Notes: generated by a model not told the origin, from the sequence alone. A stretch of DNA of 64,000 nucleotides from an uncultured Planctomycetota bacterium (GCA_963823665.1 CAWGMQ010000008.1:1664001-1728000), one strand, 5' to 3'. Numbered from the stretch's first letter, positions 1-11,544 are shown. Program-made: numbers and translations.

Positions 1-652
1 CTGGCATTCGACGATTTTCCCGCCGTACTTCGTGGCGGGGGCGATCTTCTCGGGGTTTGCCATGGTGATCACGCTGGCAATTCCCTTGCGGAGAGCGTTT
101 GGTCTGGAAGATTTCATCACGAGCCGGCACCTGGAAAACATGGCCAAGGTCATGCTCGCGACCGGAATGATCGTGGCTTATGGATATATGATGGAAGCGT
201 TCTCGGCCTGGTACGGGAACAATACGTTCGAGAAATTCGTGTTGCTCAAGAATCGGCCGACGGGGCCTTACGCACACACTTACTGGATGATGATGACCTG
301 CAATGTCTTCATCCCGCAGTTGCTGTGGTCGGCCTGGGTGCGGCGGAACGTGCAGCTTTTATGGCTGATTTCGATCGCGGTGAATATCGGCATGTGGCTC
401 GAGCGCTATGTGATCGTGATCACGAGCCTGCACCGCGATTATCTACCATCGTCCTGGAGCATGTACCACGGAACGATCTGGGATTACGCGACGTTCTACG
501 GCACGCTCGGCCTGTTCCTCACGCTGATCTTCTTGTTCATCCGCTTCCTGCCGGTGATCTCGATCACGGAGATGCGCGAGCTGGTTTACGAGACGCAACC
601 GGAGGGAGGGCAGGGCGGTCATCCGGCTACGGCGAAGGAGGCCGCACCATGA
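1..652 (+). CDS. actC: Alternative complex III subunit ActC (NrfD/PsrC-family membrane protein), 5'-truncated by window edge
   Basis: Open frame from the window start (WHSTIFPPYFVAGAIFSGFAMV...GMWLERYVIVITSLHRDYLPSSW), typical of NrfD-family ActC. The stop overlaps the actD start (ATGA 649-652). Confidence 0.9.
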   Translation, partial: WHSTIFPPYFVAGAIFSGFAMVITLAIPLRRAFGLEDFITSRHLENMAKVMLATGMIVAYGYMMEAFSAWYGNNTFEKFVLLKNRPTGPYAHTYWMMMTCNVFIPQLLWSAWVRRNVQLLWLISIAVNIGMWLERYVIVITSLHRDYLPSSWSMYHGTIWDYATFYGTLGLFLTLIFLFIRFLPVISITEMRELVYETQPEGGQGGHPATAKEAAP

Positions 653-1198
653 CGACTCGAGCGGCTGATCCGGCTGTGTATGGTCTCCTGGCGGAATTCG
701 ATAAGCCGGAGGACGTGGTCGCGGCGACTCGAGACGCTTACGCGGCCGGCTACCGGTTCATGGATGCGTACACTCCGTTTCCCGTGGAGGGGCTGGCCGA
801 GGCGCTTGGGTTTCATCGCGACGGGATCGCGCGGATTGTCTTGCTGGGCGGGCTCTTTGGCGGTCTCGGGGGGTTTTTCATGTTGTGGTACTCGTCCGTG
901 GTCCACTTCCCGCTTGATATCGGCGGGCGCCCTTATAATAGCTGGCCGGCGTTCATGCCGATCACATTCGAGCTCACGATCCTGGTGGCTGCTGTTTCGG
1001 CGGTGCTCGGGATGCTGGCGCTTCAACGGACTGCCGCGGCCGCATCATCCTGTGTTCAACGTGCCGGACTTTGCGCTGGCGTCGCGCAACCGGTTCTTTC
1101 TGTGCTTGCAGGCGCGCGACCCGCTATTTGACGTCGATCGATCTCGAGTGTTCCTGCAGGAACGAGCCCCACGGACGATTTCTATTGTGCCCCATTGA
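649..1198 (+). CDS. actD: Alternative complex III subunit ActD (DUF3341), one apparent frameshift near 1024
   Basis: YGLLAEF...DAYTPFPVEGL...GGRPYNSWPAFMPITFELTIL in one frame continues as NGLPRPHHPVFNVPDFALASRNRFFLC in another. Position between actC and actE fits. Confidence 0.85.
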
Positions 1199-1211
1199 CT
1201 GACCGCTCGAC

Positions 1212-1817
1212 ATGAGTAGATCACCGATGAGTCGCTCAACTTCGGCTTGGTTGTTTCTGGCGACGCTCGTGCTGTGCGGATGCCGCAGCGAGATGTACGA
1301 CCAGCCGCGCTACAAGCCTTATCATTCGAGCGGGTTCTTTTCCGACGGCACCTCGGCGCGCCCGCTGGTTGCCGGCACGGTTCCGCAACGGGATAGGAAG
1401 GAGCTGGGCAAAGCGTCGGCGGAGCATTTCGACACCGGCAAGATTGCGGGTGTGCTCGCGGAGACCCTGCCATTTCCAGTCGATCGCGCGGTCCTCGAGC
1501 GGGGGCAGGATCGCTTTCGTATTTTCTGCACGCCTTGCCACGGCGAGCTGGGCAACGGCCGGGGAATGATCGTCCGGCGCGGTTTCAACCCTCCGCCGAG
1601 CTTTCACAGCGACGAGCTGCGGAAGCAGCCCGTCGGCCATTACTTCGACGTGATGACCCGAGGCTTCGGCACGATGTATTCCTATGCGTCGCGCATCGCG
1701 GCCAAGGACCGCTGGGCGATTGCGGCTTATATCCGAGCGCTGCAATTGAGCCAGAATGCGCGGGTCTCGGAGCTATCGCCCGATGATCGCGGTGTGCTCG
1801 AGGAGGGCGCTCGATGA
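1212..1817 (+). CDS. actE: Alternative complex III monoheme cytochrome c lipoprotein ActE
   Basis: Lipobox-like LCGC, MYDQPRYKPY, heme motif CTPCH, and MYSYA..DRWAIAAYIRALQLSQ. Confidence 0.88.
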   Translation: MSRSPMSRSTSAWLFLATLVLCGCRSEMYDQPRYKPYHSSGFFSDGTSARPLVAGTVPQRDRKELGKASAEHFDTGKIAGVLAETLPFPVDRAVLERGQDRFRIFCTPCHGELGNGRGMIVRRGFNPPPSFHSDELRKQPVGHYFDVMTRGFGTMYSYASRIAAKDRWAIAAYIRALQLSQNARVSELSPDDRGVLEEGAR

Positions 1818-3031
1818 CACTGCTCTCCGATCATGACATGAGCTGCGGGCCGGAGCTGAGGCGGCGCCTGGACGTTTTGCAAACTCGAGCCTTGGTGGCG
1901 GGAGGTGCGGGTCTGGCGCTTGCTCTCGGCGGTTGGGTGCTCTGGCCGCGGCAGATTTTCGCAGCCTACCTGGTGGGGTATCTGTTCTGGCTGGGTATCG
2001 TGCTGGGCTCGCTCGGCCTGACGATGCTGCACCACCTGGTCGGCGGCTCGTGGGGGCTTGTGATCCGGCGGCCGCTCGAGGCGGGTGCCGCGACGGTGCC
2101 GCTCATGGCTCTGCTTATTCGTGCCGGTTGCGCTCGGCATGCCGACGCTCTATCCCTGGGCGCGGGCCGGAGCGGCCGAGCACGTCGGCGCTCATCTGAG
2201 GGAGGCCTACTTGAACGAGCCGTTACTTCCTGGCGCGGGCGGCCGGCTACTTCGGCGTATGGACCGCACTCGGGTTCATGCTGGCCGGGTGGTCGAGCCG
2301 GCAGGACCGTACGAGCGACCATCGGCCGAGCGGACGACTTCAGCGCATGAGCGGGCCGGGGACGGTGATTCTGTTTGCCGCGAGCACATTCGCTGCGGTG
2401 GACTGGGTGATGTCGCTCGAGGCGCCGTGGACGTCGACCATTTTCGGCGCGATGTTGATCACCGGCGAAGCGATGGCGACCTTTGCCGCGATGATCGTCG
2501 TGACCGCCTTCTTGAAAACCGGCAAGCCGATGTCCGAGATTGCGACGCCGGAGCGGCTCAATGACCTGGGAAACCTTCAACTGGCTTTTGTGATGTTGTG
2601 GGCTTACATGTCGTTTTGCCAGTACCTGATCATCTGGAGCGGCAACTTGACCGAGGAGATTCCCTGGTATCTGAAGCGAACCCGCGGTGGCTGGGAATGG
2701 GTGGCGCTTGCCTTGATCGTCTGCCAGTTTTTCCTTCCCTTCTTCCTGCTTCTCATTCGCGAAAACAAGCGGCATTCCCGGTCACTGCTGGGTGTGTGTC
2801 TGCTCATTCTGCTTTTGCACTGGGTCGATCTGGTGTGGCTGGTGGTCCCGGCTTCTTCCGACGCGGCGAGCCCGCGGATTCCCTGGACCTGAGACTTGCT
2901 TGAGCGCAGTGACGCTCGTGGGTGTGGGCGGAATCTGGGTTGCGGCTTTCGTGGCGCGGCTGAAGCGCTTGCCGCTCGTGCCACTCAACGATCCCAGCTT
3001 GCTCAGAGCGCTCGAACACGCGGGAGCATGA
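1814..3031 (+). CDS. actF: Alternative complex III subunit ActF (membrane protein), several apparent frameshifts (~2118, ~2220, ~2888)
   Basis: Pieces in three frames: AYLVGYLFWLGIVLGSLGLTMLHHLVGGSWG; DWVMSLEAPWTSTIFG; DLGNLQLAFVMLWAYMSFCQYLIIWSGNLTEEIPWY. Confidence 0.82.
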
Positions 3032-3532
3032 CGAACGTGGATGACGCACAACCGCAGGCCCGATTGCTGCCTGACTCGAAAACTGCCCACGAAGCGCAAC
3101 AGGCTGAAGGTGCGCGGCCTGGTCTGGTTCGCCACTGGACTTGTGGTCGTGACGGTGCTGGTTCTGGGGGCGATGGCGCTCGTGATGCGGGGCTTAACCC
3201 CTGAAGAGAGAGACCTCGAAGCGCTGGCTCCACCCCGATTTGCGGGGGACACCGGCGAGTACCCTGCGCCCAGGATCCAGGCAGACCCAGCGGTCGAGCT
3301 CGATGAGATGAAAGCGGAAGATCTCGGCCGGCTGAACACGTACGGATGGATCGATCGCAAGACGGGCATCGCTCATATTCCGGTCGACCGCGCGATCGAC
3401 ATCCTGGCCAAGAAGGGGCTGCCGACTCCGGAAGAGCGGGGAGTAAAGCCTGGAGGGCCGGCGGAGAAGGACAGTTCTGGGGCGCGCAAGGAGCAGTCGA
3501 AACCGGAGGCTGGAGGGGAGCCCAGGCGATGA
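3028..3532 (+). CDS. ActG-like single-TM protein of the ACIII/oxidase operon, apparent frameshift near 3095
   Basis: ATG overlaps the actF stop. One TM helix is followed by PAPRIQADP...LNTYGWIDRKTGIAHIPVDRAIDIL, a pattern typical of this operon position. Confidence 0.65.
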
Positions 3533-4488
3533 GTATTTGCAGAATCAGATGCATGTTCTCTTCGCTGTCCATGGAGCGCCGGCGGCTTGCGCCGAGGCCC
3601 CACCGCGGCCCTGGGCGGCACCTCCCCCAGAGGGGGAGAGGGATGCTTGTGATCGCGATCACCCTTCTGGCGGTTGCCGCGCACGCCCAGCCGCCCTCGT
3701 CGAATCTGACCAAGGACGTCGGGTTTGACCAGATGCTCGGCGCCAAGCTTCCGCTCCAGGCGCGGTTTCGGGATGAATCGGGGCGCGAGCTCGCGCTGGG
3801 AGAGCTTTTCGGGAGGCGACCGGTGATCGTGGCGCCGGTGTATTACGGGTGCCCGTTGCTGTGCGGCCAGGTCTTGACCGGGCTGGCACGAGGGTTGAAG
3901 CCCTTCGCTCTGGAGGTGGGCAAGGATTTTGACGTGGTCGCCTTCAGCATCAATCCCGACGAAAGGCCCGCGCTCGCCGAATCGAAGCGGACGGCGTATG
4001 TTGAGCGTTATGACCGCCCGGGCACGGAATCGGGCTGGCATTTCTTGACTGGCGAGCAAGCCTCGATCACCGGTTTGTGCCGTGCGATCGGTTTTCGCTA
4101 CACCCAGGACCCGAGAACCAAGCTGTATACGCATGCCGCCGGGGTAGTCGTCGTGACGAGAGACGGGGTTGTTTCCCGCTATTTCTTCGGGATTGACTTC
4201 CCGCCCAAGGAGCTCGAGCGCGAGCTCAAGCAGGCCAGCGCCGGCCGCGTGGGCTCGCCGATCGGCCGGCTGCTGCTCTTCTGTTACGACTATGACCAGG
4301 CGACGGGGAAGTACACGCTTTCGATTTTGCGGCTGATCCGGGTGCTGGGCACGGCGACGGCCGTTTCGCTCGCGGGATTTCTGCTCGTGATGGTTCGCCG
4401 CGAAAGGCGTTGCCGACGTACGGCGATGCGAGAGGGTGGTCAAAACCAGGGTTCGATGGAGTTGCGGGGCGAAACCGAGGGTTCGTGA
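3529..4488 (+). CDS. SCO1/SenC-family copper chaperone
   Basis: YYGCPLLCG (CxxxC), GWHFLTG, YTHAAG and a C-terminal TM. Lies immediately upstream of coxB. The start may be downstream (~3642). Confidence 0.85.
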   Translation: MSICRIRCMFSSLSMERRRLAPRPHRGPGRHLPQRGRGMLVIAITLLAVAAHAQPPSSNLTKDVGFDQMLGAKLPLQARFRDESGRELALGELFGRRPVIVAPVYYGCPLLCGQVLTGLARGLKPFALEVGKDFDVVAFSINPDERPALAESKRTAYVERYDRPGTESGWHFLTGEQASITGLCRAIGFRYTQDPRTKLYTHAAGVVVVTRDGVVSRYFFGIDFPPKELERELKQASAGRVGSPIGRLLLFCYDYDQATGKYTLSILRLIRVLGTATAVSLAGFLLVMVRRERRCRRTAMREGGQNQGSMELRGETEGS

Positions 4489-4509
4489 GCTCTCTGGAAG
4501 GTGGCGACA

Positions 4510-5459
4510 ATGTGGAACTTTCCCTTGTTTCCCGAGCAAGCGTCGAGCCTGGCGGGGCAGGTCGATGCGCTTTACCTGTTTGAGCTGGGCGTCGCCGGCT
4601 TTTTCACGGTGCTGATCTTTCTCTTGATCGTGAGCTTCGCGATTCGCTATCGCCGGCGGATGCGGGTGGACCGGTCAAATCCACCGACGGCGAGCAAGCT
4701 GCTGGAGGCGATCTGGATCGGCGTGCCGCTCTCGCTGGTCTGGTGATGTGCAGCCTGGGGGTCGCGCTCTTCTTCAAGGAGTACGACGCACCGGGCGACG
4801 CGCTCGACATCGCGGTGGTGGGCAAGCAGTGGATGTGGCATTTGCAGCATCCCGAGGGGCGGTCGGAGATCAACGAGCTGCACCTGCCGGTGGGAAGGGC
4901 GGTCAAGTTGACGATGATCTCGCACGACGTGATCCACAGCTTTTACGTCCCCGCGTTCCGGGTGAAGCAGGATGTGTTGCCCGGGCGCTACACGACGATG
5001 TGGTTCGAGCCGTCGAAAGTCGGGCGCTATCACCTCTTCTGCGCCGAGTATTGCGGAACGAACCACTCAACGATGCGGGGATCGGTCACGGTGATGGAGC
5101 CTGTCGACTTCGAGCGATGGCTGTCAGAGGGGGGTATTGGACCGTCGATGGCCGAGGAAGGGGAGCGGCTGTTCGTGCAGCATCACTGCGCGGGGTGCCA
5201 CCGCGGCAGCCAGACGGTGCACGCGCCAAAGCTGGAGGGGGTTTTCGGGCGGCCGGTGCCGATTCAGGAGGGTCGCGAGGTTCACTTCGTCACGGCTGAT
5301 GCCGCCTACATCCGCGATTCGATACTCAGGCCGAAGGCGCAGGTGGTGGCGGGATATGAGCCGGTCATGCCGTCGTTTCAGGACCAGATAGCCGAGCAGG
5401 ATCTCTTGAAAATCATCGCCTACATCAAATCGATCGGAGCGGAGGGCTCATCGCGATGA
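4510..5459 (+). CDS. coxB: Cytochrome c oxidase subunit II with fused C-terminal cytochrome c (caa3 type), apparent frameshift near 4740
   Basis: [14 protein letters not shown], CuA motif [12 protein letters not shown], and C-terminal heme motif CAGCH ... MPSF. Confidence 0.92.
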
Positions 5460-7075
5460 GTGCTGCCGAGGCCACCTACCAGGAAGACTATCTGCAGGCG
5501 TACACGCTCAAGTCGTGGCTTTTGACCACGGACCACAAGCGGATCGGCCTGCTCTACATGGCTTCGATCACGTTCTTCTTCTTTGTTGGCGGGGCCGCGG
5601 CGACGGTGATGCGGCTGGAGCTGATGACGCCGCAGGGGGACGTTCTGCACTCGCCGGACGCGTACAACCGGCTCTTCACGATGCACGGCGTGGTGATGAT
5701 CTTCTTCTTCCTGATTCCGTCGATACCGGCGGTGATCGGCAATTTCCTGGTGCCGCTCATGATCGGTGCGAGGGACCTGGCCTTTCCGTGGCTCAATCTG
5801 CTTTCGTGGTACATTTACATGATCGGCGGGTCGATTGCGCTTTATATTTTGATTTTCGGCGGGATCGACACCGGCTGGACGTTCTATACGCCGTTTTCCA
5901 CGATGTTCTCGAACACGATGGTCGTGCCGGCGGCGACGGCGGTGTTCATCACGGGGTTTTCCTCGATTCTGACGGGGCTCAACTTCATCGTGACGATCCA
6001 CACGATGAGGACCACGGGAATGACCTGGTTTCGCCTGCCGCTCATGATCTGGTCGCTCTATGCGACCAGCCTGATCATGGTGCTGGGGACGCCGGTGCTG
6101 GCGATCGCGGTGGCCTTGGTCGCGGTGGAGCGGATGCTGCACGTCGGCATCTTCGACCCGGCCCTCGGGGGCGACCCGATCCTGTTCCAGCATCTCTTCT
6201 GGTTCTATTCGCACCCGGCGGTGTACATCATGGTGCTGCCGGGGATGGGGGTGGTCAGCGAAATTGTGCCGTGCTTCTGCCGGCGGCCAATCTTCGGATA
6301 CCGGCTGATTGCGTTTTCGAGCATGGGGATCGCCGTGCTGGGCTTTCTGGTGTGGGGACACCACATGTTCGTGTCGGGGCAGTCGATGTACGCCGGGATG
6401 GTCTTCTCGGTCTTGAGCTTCCTGGTGGCGATTCCGTCGGCGATCAAGGTCTTCAACTGGACGGCGACGATGTACAAGGGTTCGATCCGGCTGGATACGC
6501 CGATGCTCTACGCGCTGGGGTTCATCGGCCTTTTCACGTTGGGCGGGCTCACGGGGCTGATGCTGGCGACGCTGGCGATCGACGTGCATGTGCACGACAC
6601 GTATTTCGTGGTCGCGCATTTCCACTACATCATGGTGGGAGGCGCTGTGATGGCCTACATGGGGGCGATTCATTTCTGGTGGCCGAAGATGAGCGGGCGG
6701 ATGTACTCGGAGCTATTCGGCAAGCTGTCGGCGCTGGTGGTCTTCGTGGGCTTCAACCTGACTTTTTTCCCGCAGTTCGTGCTCGGCTATCTGGGCATGC
6801 CGCGGCGCTATTATGAATATCCGGCTGAGTTTCAAGTGCTGAATGTGATGTCGACGGCCGGGGCTTCGATTCTGGCCGTGGGTTATGTTTTGCCGCTTGT
6901 CTATCTGCTGCTCTCGCTGCGCAAGCCGCCGAACGCGGGCCCGAACCCTTGGAACGCAACGGGGCTCGAGTGGCAGACCGATTCGCCACCGCCGGTGCAC
7001 AACTTCGAGGAAGTTCCGGTGGTGACGTGCGGCCCGTACGCTTATTCTCCCGAAGCTGCCGAAGGCGCGACCTGA
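5456..7075 (+). CDS. coxA: Cytochrome c oxidase subunit I (heme-copper oxidase, A2-type YS motif)
   Basis: [52 protein letters not shown]. Confidence 0.97.
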   Translation: MSAAEATYQEDYLQAYTLKSWLLTTDHKRIGLLYMASITFFFFVGGAAATVMRLELMTPQGDVLHSPDAYNRLFTMHGVVMIFFFLIPSIPAVIGNFLVPLMIGARDLAFPWLNLLSWYIYMIGGSIALYILIFGGIDTGWTFYTPFSTMFSNTMVVPAATAVFITGFSSILTGLNFIVTIHTMRTTGMTWFRLPLMIWSLYATSLIMVLGTPVLAIAVALVAVERMLHVGIFDPALGGDPILFQHLFWFYSHPAVYIMVLPGMGVVSEIVPCFCRRPIFGYRLIAFSSMGIAVLGFLVWGHHMFVSGQSMYAGMVFSVLSFLVAIPSAIKVFNWTATMYKGSIRLDTPMLYALGFIGLFTLGGLTGLMLATLAIDVHVHDTYFVVAHFHYIMVGGAVMAYMGAIHFWWPKMSGRMYSELFGKLSALVVFVGFNLTFFPQFVLGYLGMPRRYYEYPAEFQVLNVMSTAGASILAVGYVLPLVYLLLSLRKPPNAGPNPWNATGLEWQTDSPPPVHNFEEVPVVTCGPYAYSPEAAEGAT

Positions 7076-7076
7076 G

Positions 7077-7791
7077 ATGACCATCGGATCGCAGACAACC
7101 GAGCGAGGTGCCGGCGCGGAAGACGAGCCGATCCTGTCGCACCAGTTTGACGACGTGGAGCAGCAGAGCGAGGCCTCCACGCTGGGGATGTGGCTGTTCC
7201 TGGCGACCGAGGTGATGTTCTTCGGGGGCCTCTTGACAGCTTTCGCGGTGTATCGCACGACTTCACCGGAAGCTGTGGCGCTGGCGAGCCGGCATTTGAA
7301 CGTGTGGCTCGGGTGCCTGAATACGGTGGTGCTGCTGTACGAGCAGCTTGACCATGGCGATGGCCGTGCGAGCGGCCCAGTTGCGGCAACACCGGCCGCT
7401 TCTCTTCTGGCTGGTTGCGACGATGGTGCTTGGCACCGGATTCCTGGGGATCAAGGCCATTGAGTACACGCAGGAATATCACGAGCAATTGATCCCCGGC
7501 TGGAACTTTCAGGTGCCAGAAGATGACCGGCCGCTGGTCGAGCAAGAACACGTTGACCCGCGGCGCATGGAGATGTTCTTTGTGCTCTATTTCTTCATGA
7601 CAGGACTGCATGCCGTGCACCTGATCATCGGCATCGGATTGCTCGGGGTGATGGCTTATCTTTCGTGGAAGCGGTGGTTCTCCGGAGGGGGTGCCGTGCA
7701 GATCGAGGTGACGGGGTTGTACTGGCACTTTGTGGACGTGGTCTGGGTGTTTCTCTATCCGCTGCTCTACTTGATTGACGTCTACCGATGA
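7077..7791 (+). CDS. coxC: Cytochrome c oxidase subunit III, apparent frameshift near 7338
   Basis: GMWLFLATEVMFFGGL; FFMTGLHAVH; GLYWHFVDVVWVFLYPLLY. Confidence 0.92.
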
Positions 7792-8087
7792 AACAGCACG
7801 TGGCGACCGTTCGCACCAATATCGTAATTTATGTGCTCTTGCTGCTGCTTCTGCTGGCGACGGTGGGGGCTGCGTACATCCCGATGGGGCCGCTGAATTT
7901 TCCGCTGGCGATGGCCATTGCCGCAACGAAGGCGGTGCTCATCGTGTTGTTTTTCATGCATGCGCTCCATAGCCATCGGCTCACGCTGGTGATCGCTGTT
8001 GCGTCGCTCTTGTGGCTGGCGATCATGATTGCGCTGACCTTGAGCGACTATCATTCGCGAGGGTGGCTCGATATACCCGGGAAGTGA
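7788..8087 (+). CDS. Cytochrome c oxidase subunit IV (caa3-type CtaF/CoxD family)
   Basis: 99-aa three-TM protein with IAATKAVLIVLFFMH, last gene of the oxidase operon. Confidence 0.85.
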   Translation: MKQHVATVRTNIVIYVLLLLLLLATVGAAYIPMGPLNFPLAMAIAATKAVLIVLFFMHALHSHRLTLVIAVASLLWLAIMIALTLSDYHSRGWLDIPGK

Positions 8088-8160
8088 CGTGTGGTAAGCT
8101 GACCGGCGTGTGATGCGCGGATCGCACGCACTGCGTCCGAGGCGGGCGACGGGAGTTGAA

Positions 8161-11100
8161 ATGAGGCATCTTCGAATCGGTATAGCGTGCGTCGCCACGA
8201 TCCTTGTCGTGTCGATCACGGAATCAATCGCGGCTGATTCCGCGAATCTGCTGGCTGACCCATCGTTTGAACAGCCGAAAGATCGCGATCAGTTTGGTCT
8301 GGTCTTCGCCAAATGGGGTGGGTGGAAATACGAGGGAGACTGCGAGTTCCGAGTCGGTGACTTGGGGCACATCGGCAAACACTCGTGCCTGCTTTCAGGT
8401 GGCGTGGGAGCCAAGATCCGGATCACTCAGAATGTCGAGCTGGAGCCTGGGCGGTATCAGGTTACGGCTTACCTGAGAGGGCTTGATATCACCACGGGGA
8501 CATACAACGCGTCGACCGAATTCATGTTCGACGGGAAGTACATTCAACTGAACAAGCGAGGGACGTTCGGGTGGAGCAAGCTCACCTATGTGGGCGAGAT
8601 CAAGGAGAAGAAGCAGGCCGGGCCGTCGTTCGGACTGTTTGCACCGGGGTTTCTCTGGATCGATGACGTGACGCTCGAACGGGTGGGCCAGGACGTGGCT
8701 CTCACGGAGGCGCCTGTATTTGGCGGTGAAGAGAGCCCGATTGCACCGCCAGGCGAGCTGTCAGGGGAAGCCGTGCGTTGCTCGCAGTGCGGGTACCGGA
8801 ACAACGCGACGTGGAAGATGTGCTATGCCTGTGGGGTTGCGCTCGAGTTGAAGGCGGCGAGTGCGGCGGGGCCAAAGGTCAAGCTCATCGCGACGTTTGA
8901 GAGCGGCAACCCATTCTCAGGCGGCGAGGTGGTCGGTGCGCACGCGAGCGAAGGGCGGAAGGCGCTGCGCGTGGAAAAGGGGTATGCCAGCCTCGAACAA
9001 GCGCAGGATTGGCTGGGGTATGATTTCCTCAAGGCTGACCTTTTCGTGGAGGGACGAAAACCGCTCAATCTTTACGTCGAGATACGCGACTCGGCAACGG
9101 ACGGTTACTGGACCCGGGTCAATTATTCGACGGTCGTGCCGCCGGGAAAAAGCACGTTGATCATCCCGGTGAAGCAACTTTATGTGGGTGAGAAATCGCG
9201 GCCAGGGCGGATGCTCATCCTGAACGCAATTACCAGGCTCGTCTTCGGGGTCGGCGATCAACCGCCAGCGCCGCTCTTCATCGACAACCTTCGTCTGGAA
9301 CGCGACGATGCGCCCGAAAAGGTGAGATTCGACGGCCTTTTTGCGTTCGACTTCGGCACGGGCACGAGCCCTCTCATGGAGGGGTTCACACCGATCACGC
9401 CCGCGACAGAGTACAGTCGCGGCCGGGGATACGGGCTCAAGGATGCGCGGATCTGGCGGGCCTTTGATGCATTGCAACCGGAGCCGCTGTATCAGGACTT
9501 CATCTGCATCGAGGCGGGGGGCCTCGCCGTGGATGTGCCGAATGGCCGTTATCGCGTGTTCGTCAACATCGACAGTCCATCGGGGTTCTGGGGAGAGTCT
9601 CAGACCTACCGCCAGCGTACGATTGTGGCCGAAGGGATTCCGGTCGTGCGCGAAGGGATGGATTTCGACGCATTCCGGAAGAAGTACTTCCGGTTCTGGA
9701 ATGTCGAGGATTTGCCGAGCGACAACACGTTTGACAAGTATCAGAAGGCCTATTTCCGAGAGAAGCGGTTCGACGTCGACGTGAAAGACGGGCAGTTGAA
9801 CCTGGAATTTCAGGGAGAGAACTGGGGCTGCTCGGTGTCGGCGGTGGTGATCTTTCCGGTGACGAAGGCGGCGACGGGCGAAGCGTTTCTCAAATACGCG
9901 GAAGGGCGGCGCCGATTTTACTTCGACAATTACTTCAAGCGCGTTCTTCCGGAGCCGAGCGGCGAGCCAGTGCTGCCGACCGCGGAGGACCGACGCCGCG
10001 GGTTCGTTGCCTTTCAGCGCGACTCGATGGAAGACGTCTCGTACAACGATACGCCCAGAAAGAAAGACATCGTCGATCGCGTGAGAGGCGAGGCCTTCGC
10101 GGGTGAATACGAGCCGATGACCGTGGCGCTGTTGCCGCTGCGCGGCATGGGCAAGGTTCACGCGAGCGTGAGCGACCTTGCGGGGGAGAGCTCGACGATT
10201 CCGGCGTCGGCGGTTGATCTTGGTTACGTCTCGTATCGCCTCAGCCGGGTGACGTCCGAGGGGACCGTGTACACGATCGCGCCGCGGCTGATCATGCCCG
10301 GAGGTGATGTGGAAATGCCACAAGGTCTCACGCGGCGCTTCTGGATGACGGTCAAGACACCGCCAACGGCGCGTCCGGGGCTATACAAGGGGACGCTGTC
10401 GATTCGCGCCGAAGGCGGCGGCGCTTCGCGCATCCCGCTAGAATTCCGGGTGCGGTCGGGGAAGCTGCTTGCCGTCGACATTCCTGCCGGCCCGTTCGGT
10501 TACACGACGGGGATTCCCTGGTTTGGCGAGGACGCCAAGGCGGCGGCGTTCAATCAGCAGATGGTGAGAAAAAGTTTGCAGAAGATGCGCGATCATGGAT
10601 TCACAGCTTGCAGCGGGCTGCCGTCGATCGCGTACGGAGGATTCAACCAGGGTAAGCCGGTACTGGATTTCAGGGCGGCTGACGCGTCGATGAAACTGCT
10701 CAAGTCGCTGGGATTCCTGGGTGTGAGCAGCTATGGCGGCGGCGTTTCAGGGTTTGACGCCTACCATCAGGATTCGGGTGCGATGGGATCGGCAGGCGTC
10801 ACGGAATACTCGGCTTTCGTCAAGGCGATCTATTCGCAGGTGCAGCGGCATGCGGTGCAGCAGGATTGGATTCCAGTCTATTACAATCTGGCTGATGAGC
10901 CGATCGGCGATGAATTGATTCGCTCGGCGGAAAACGCGGAAGCGTACCGGAAGGCTTTTCCGAAGGGGCCGCCTTTCTTCACGGGGGCGAGCAGCTTGAC
11001 CGGCACCAATCGAGACGATCCTCATTTCCGTCTGGCCAAGGCACTGAACGTGGTTTCGTGGAACGACCACGATGAGGCTTCGGTGAAGTTATTGCACAGC

Positions 11101-11544
11101 CTGGGAGCGGATTGGGCTTTTTACAACGGCGGGAACCGGTGGACCTACGGCACTTACATGTATAAAGCGGCCAAAGAGTTCGGCATGAAGTTCCGTCTCT
11201 CATGGCACTGGAATGTGGTTGCCGGCGACCCGTATTACGCGCTCGACTGCCGGGAAGACGATTACGCCTGGTGCAACACGTCGCCTGGCGGCGATCTCAT
11301 TCCTTCGGTCGAATTTGAGCGGCTGCGTGAGGGGCTGGATGATTACCGGCGGCTCTTGACGCTGGCGCGGCTTGCCGAAGAGCGCGGGAGTGCACCGGCC
11401 GCGCGAGCCGCCAAAGACTTGATCTCGAAGCGAATGGCTGCTTTCAGGCTGGGTCAGCGCGATCATGATGCACTTTTTCCAGTAGAGGACTGGGGGCAGT
11501 TTCGACGGCAGGTGGATGACTTGATCGAGGCGCTACGAAATTGA
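8161..11544 (+). CDS. Large secreted putative carbohydrate-active protein (CBM-like N-terminus, Zn-ribbon insert, DUF4091/GH123-like C-terminus)
   Basis: Signal peptide, NLLADPSFE (CBM4/9-like start), CSQC..CYAC, FAFDFGT..GYG module, YNLADEP and SVEFERLREGLDDYRRL. The last two motifs resemble DUF4091-containing glycosidases. Confidence 0.55.
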   Translation: MRHLRIGIACVATILVVSITESIAADSANLLADPSFEQPKDRDQFGLVFAKWGGWKYEGDCEFRVGDLGHIGKHSCLLSGGVGAKIRITQNVELEPGRYQVTAYLRGLDITTGTYNASTEFMFDGKYIQLNKRGTFGWSKLTYVGEIKEKKQAGPSFGLFAPGFLWIDDVTLERVGQDVALTEAPVFGGEESPIAPPGELSGEAVRCSQCGYRNNATWKMCYACGVALELKAASAAGPKVKLIATFESGNPFSGGEVVGAHASEGRKALRVEKGYASLEQAQDWLGYDFLKADLFVEGRKPLNLYVEIRDSATDGYWTRVNYSTVVPPGKSTLIIPVKQLYVGEKSRPGRMLILNAITRLVFGVGDQPPAPLFIDNLRLERDDAPEKVRFDGLFAFDFGTGTSPLMEGFTPITPATEYSRGRGYGLKDARIWRAFDALQPEPLYQDFICIEAGGLAVDVPNGRYRVFVNIDSPSGFWGESQTYRQRTIVAEGIPVVREGMDFDAFRKKYFRFWNVEDLPSDNTFDKYQKAYFREKRFDVDVKDGQLNLEFQGENWGCSVSAVVIFPVTKAATGEAFLKYAEGRRRFYFDNYFKRVLPEPSGEPVLPTAEDRRRGFVAFQRDSMEDVSYNDTPRKKDIVDRVRGEAFAGEYEPMTVALLPLRGMGKVHASVSDLAGESSTIPASAVDLGYVSYRLSRVTSEGTVYTIAPRLIMPGGDVEMPQGLTRRFWMTVKTPPTARPGLYKGTLSIRAEGGGASRIPLEFRVRSGKLLAVDIPAGPFGYTTGIPWFGEDAKAAAFNQQMVRKSLQKMRDHGFTACSGLPSIAYGGFNQGKPVLDFRAADASMKLLKSLGFLGVSSYGGGVSGFDAYHQDSGAMGSAGVTEYSAFVKAIYSQVQRHAVQQDWIPVYYNLADEPIGDELIRSAENAEAYRKAFPKGPPFFTGASSLTGTNRDDPHFRLAKALNVVSWNDHDEASVKLLHSLGADWAFYNGGNRWTYGTYMYKAAKEFGMKFRLSWHWNVVAGDPYYALDCREDDYAWCNTSPGGDLIPSVEFERLREGLDDYRRLLTLARLAEERGSAPAARAAKDLISKRMAAFRLGQRDHDALFPVEDWGQFRRQVDDLIEALRN

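Noticed and set aside
649..7791. Pseudogenisation of the respiratory operon
   Set aside because: All catalytic and cofactor motifs are intact and the breaks are isolated single-base indels, so sequencing error is far more likely.
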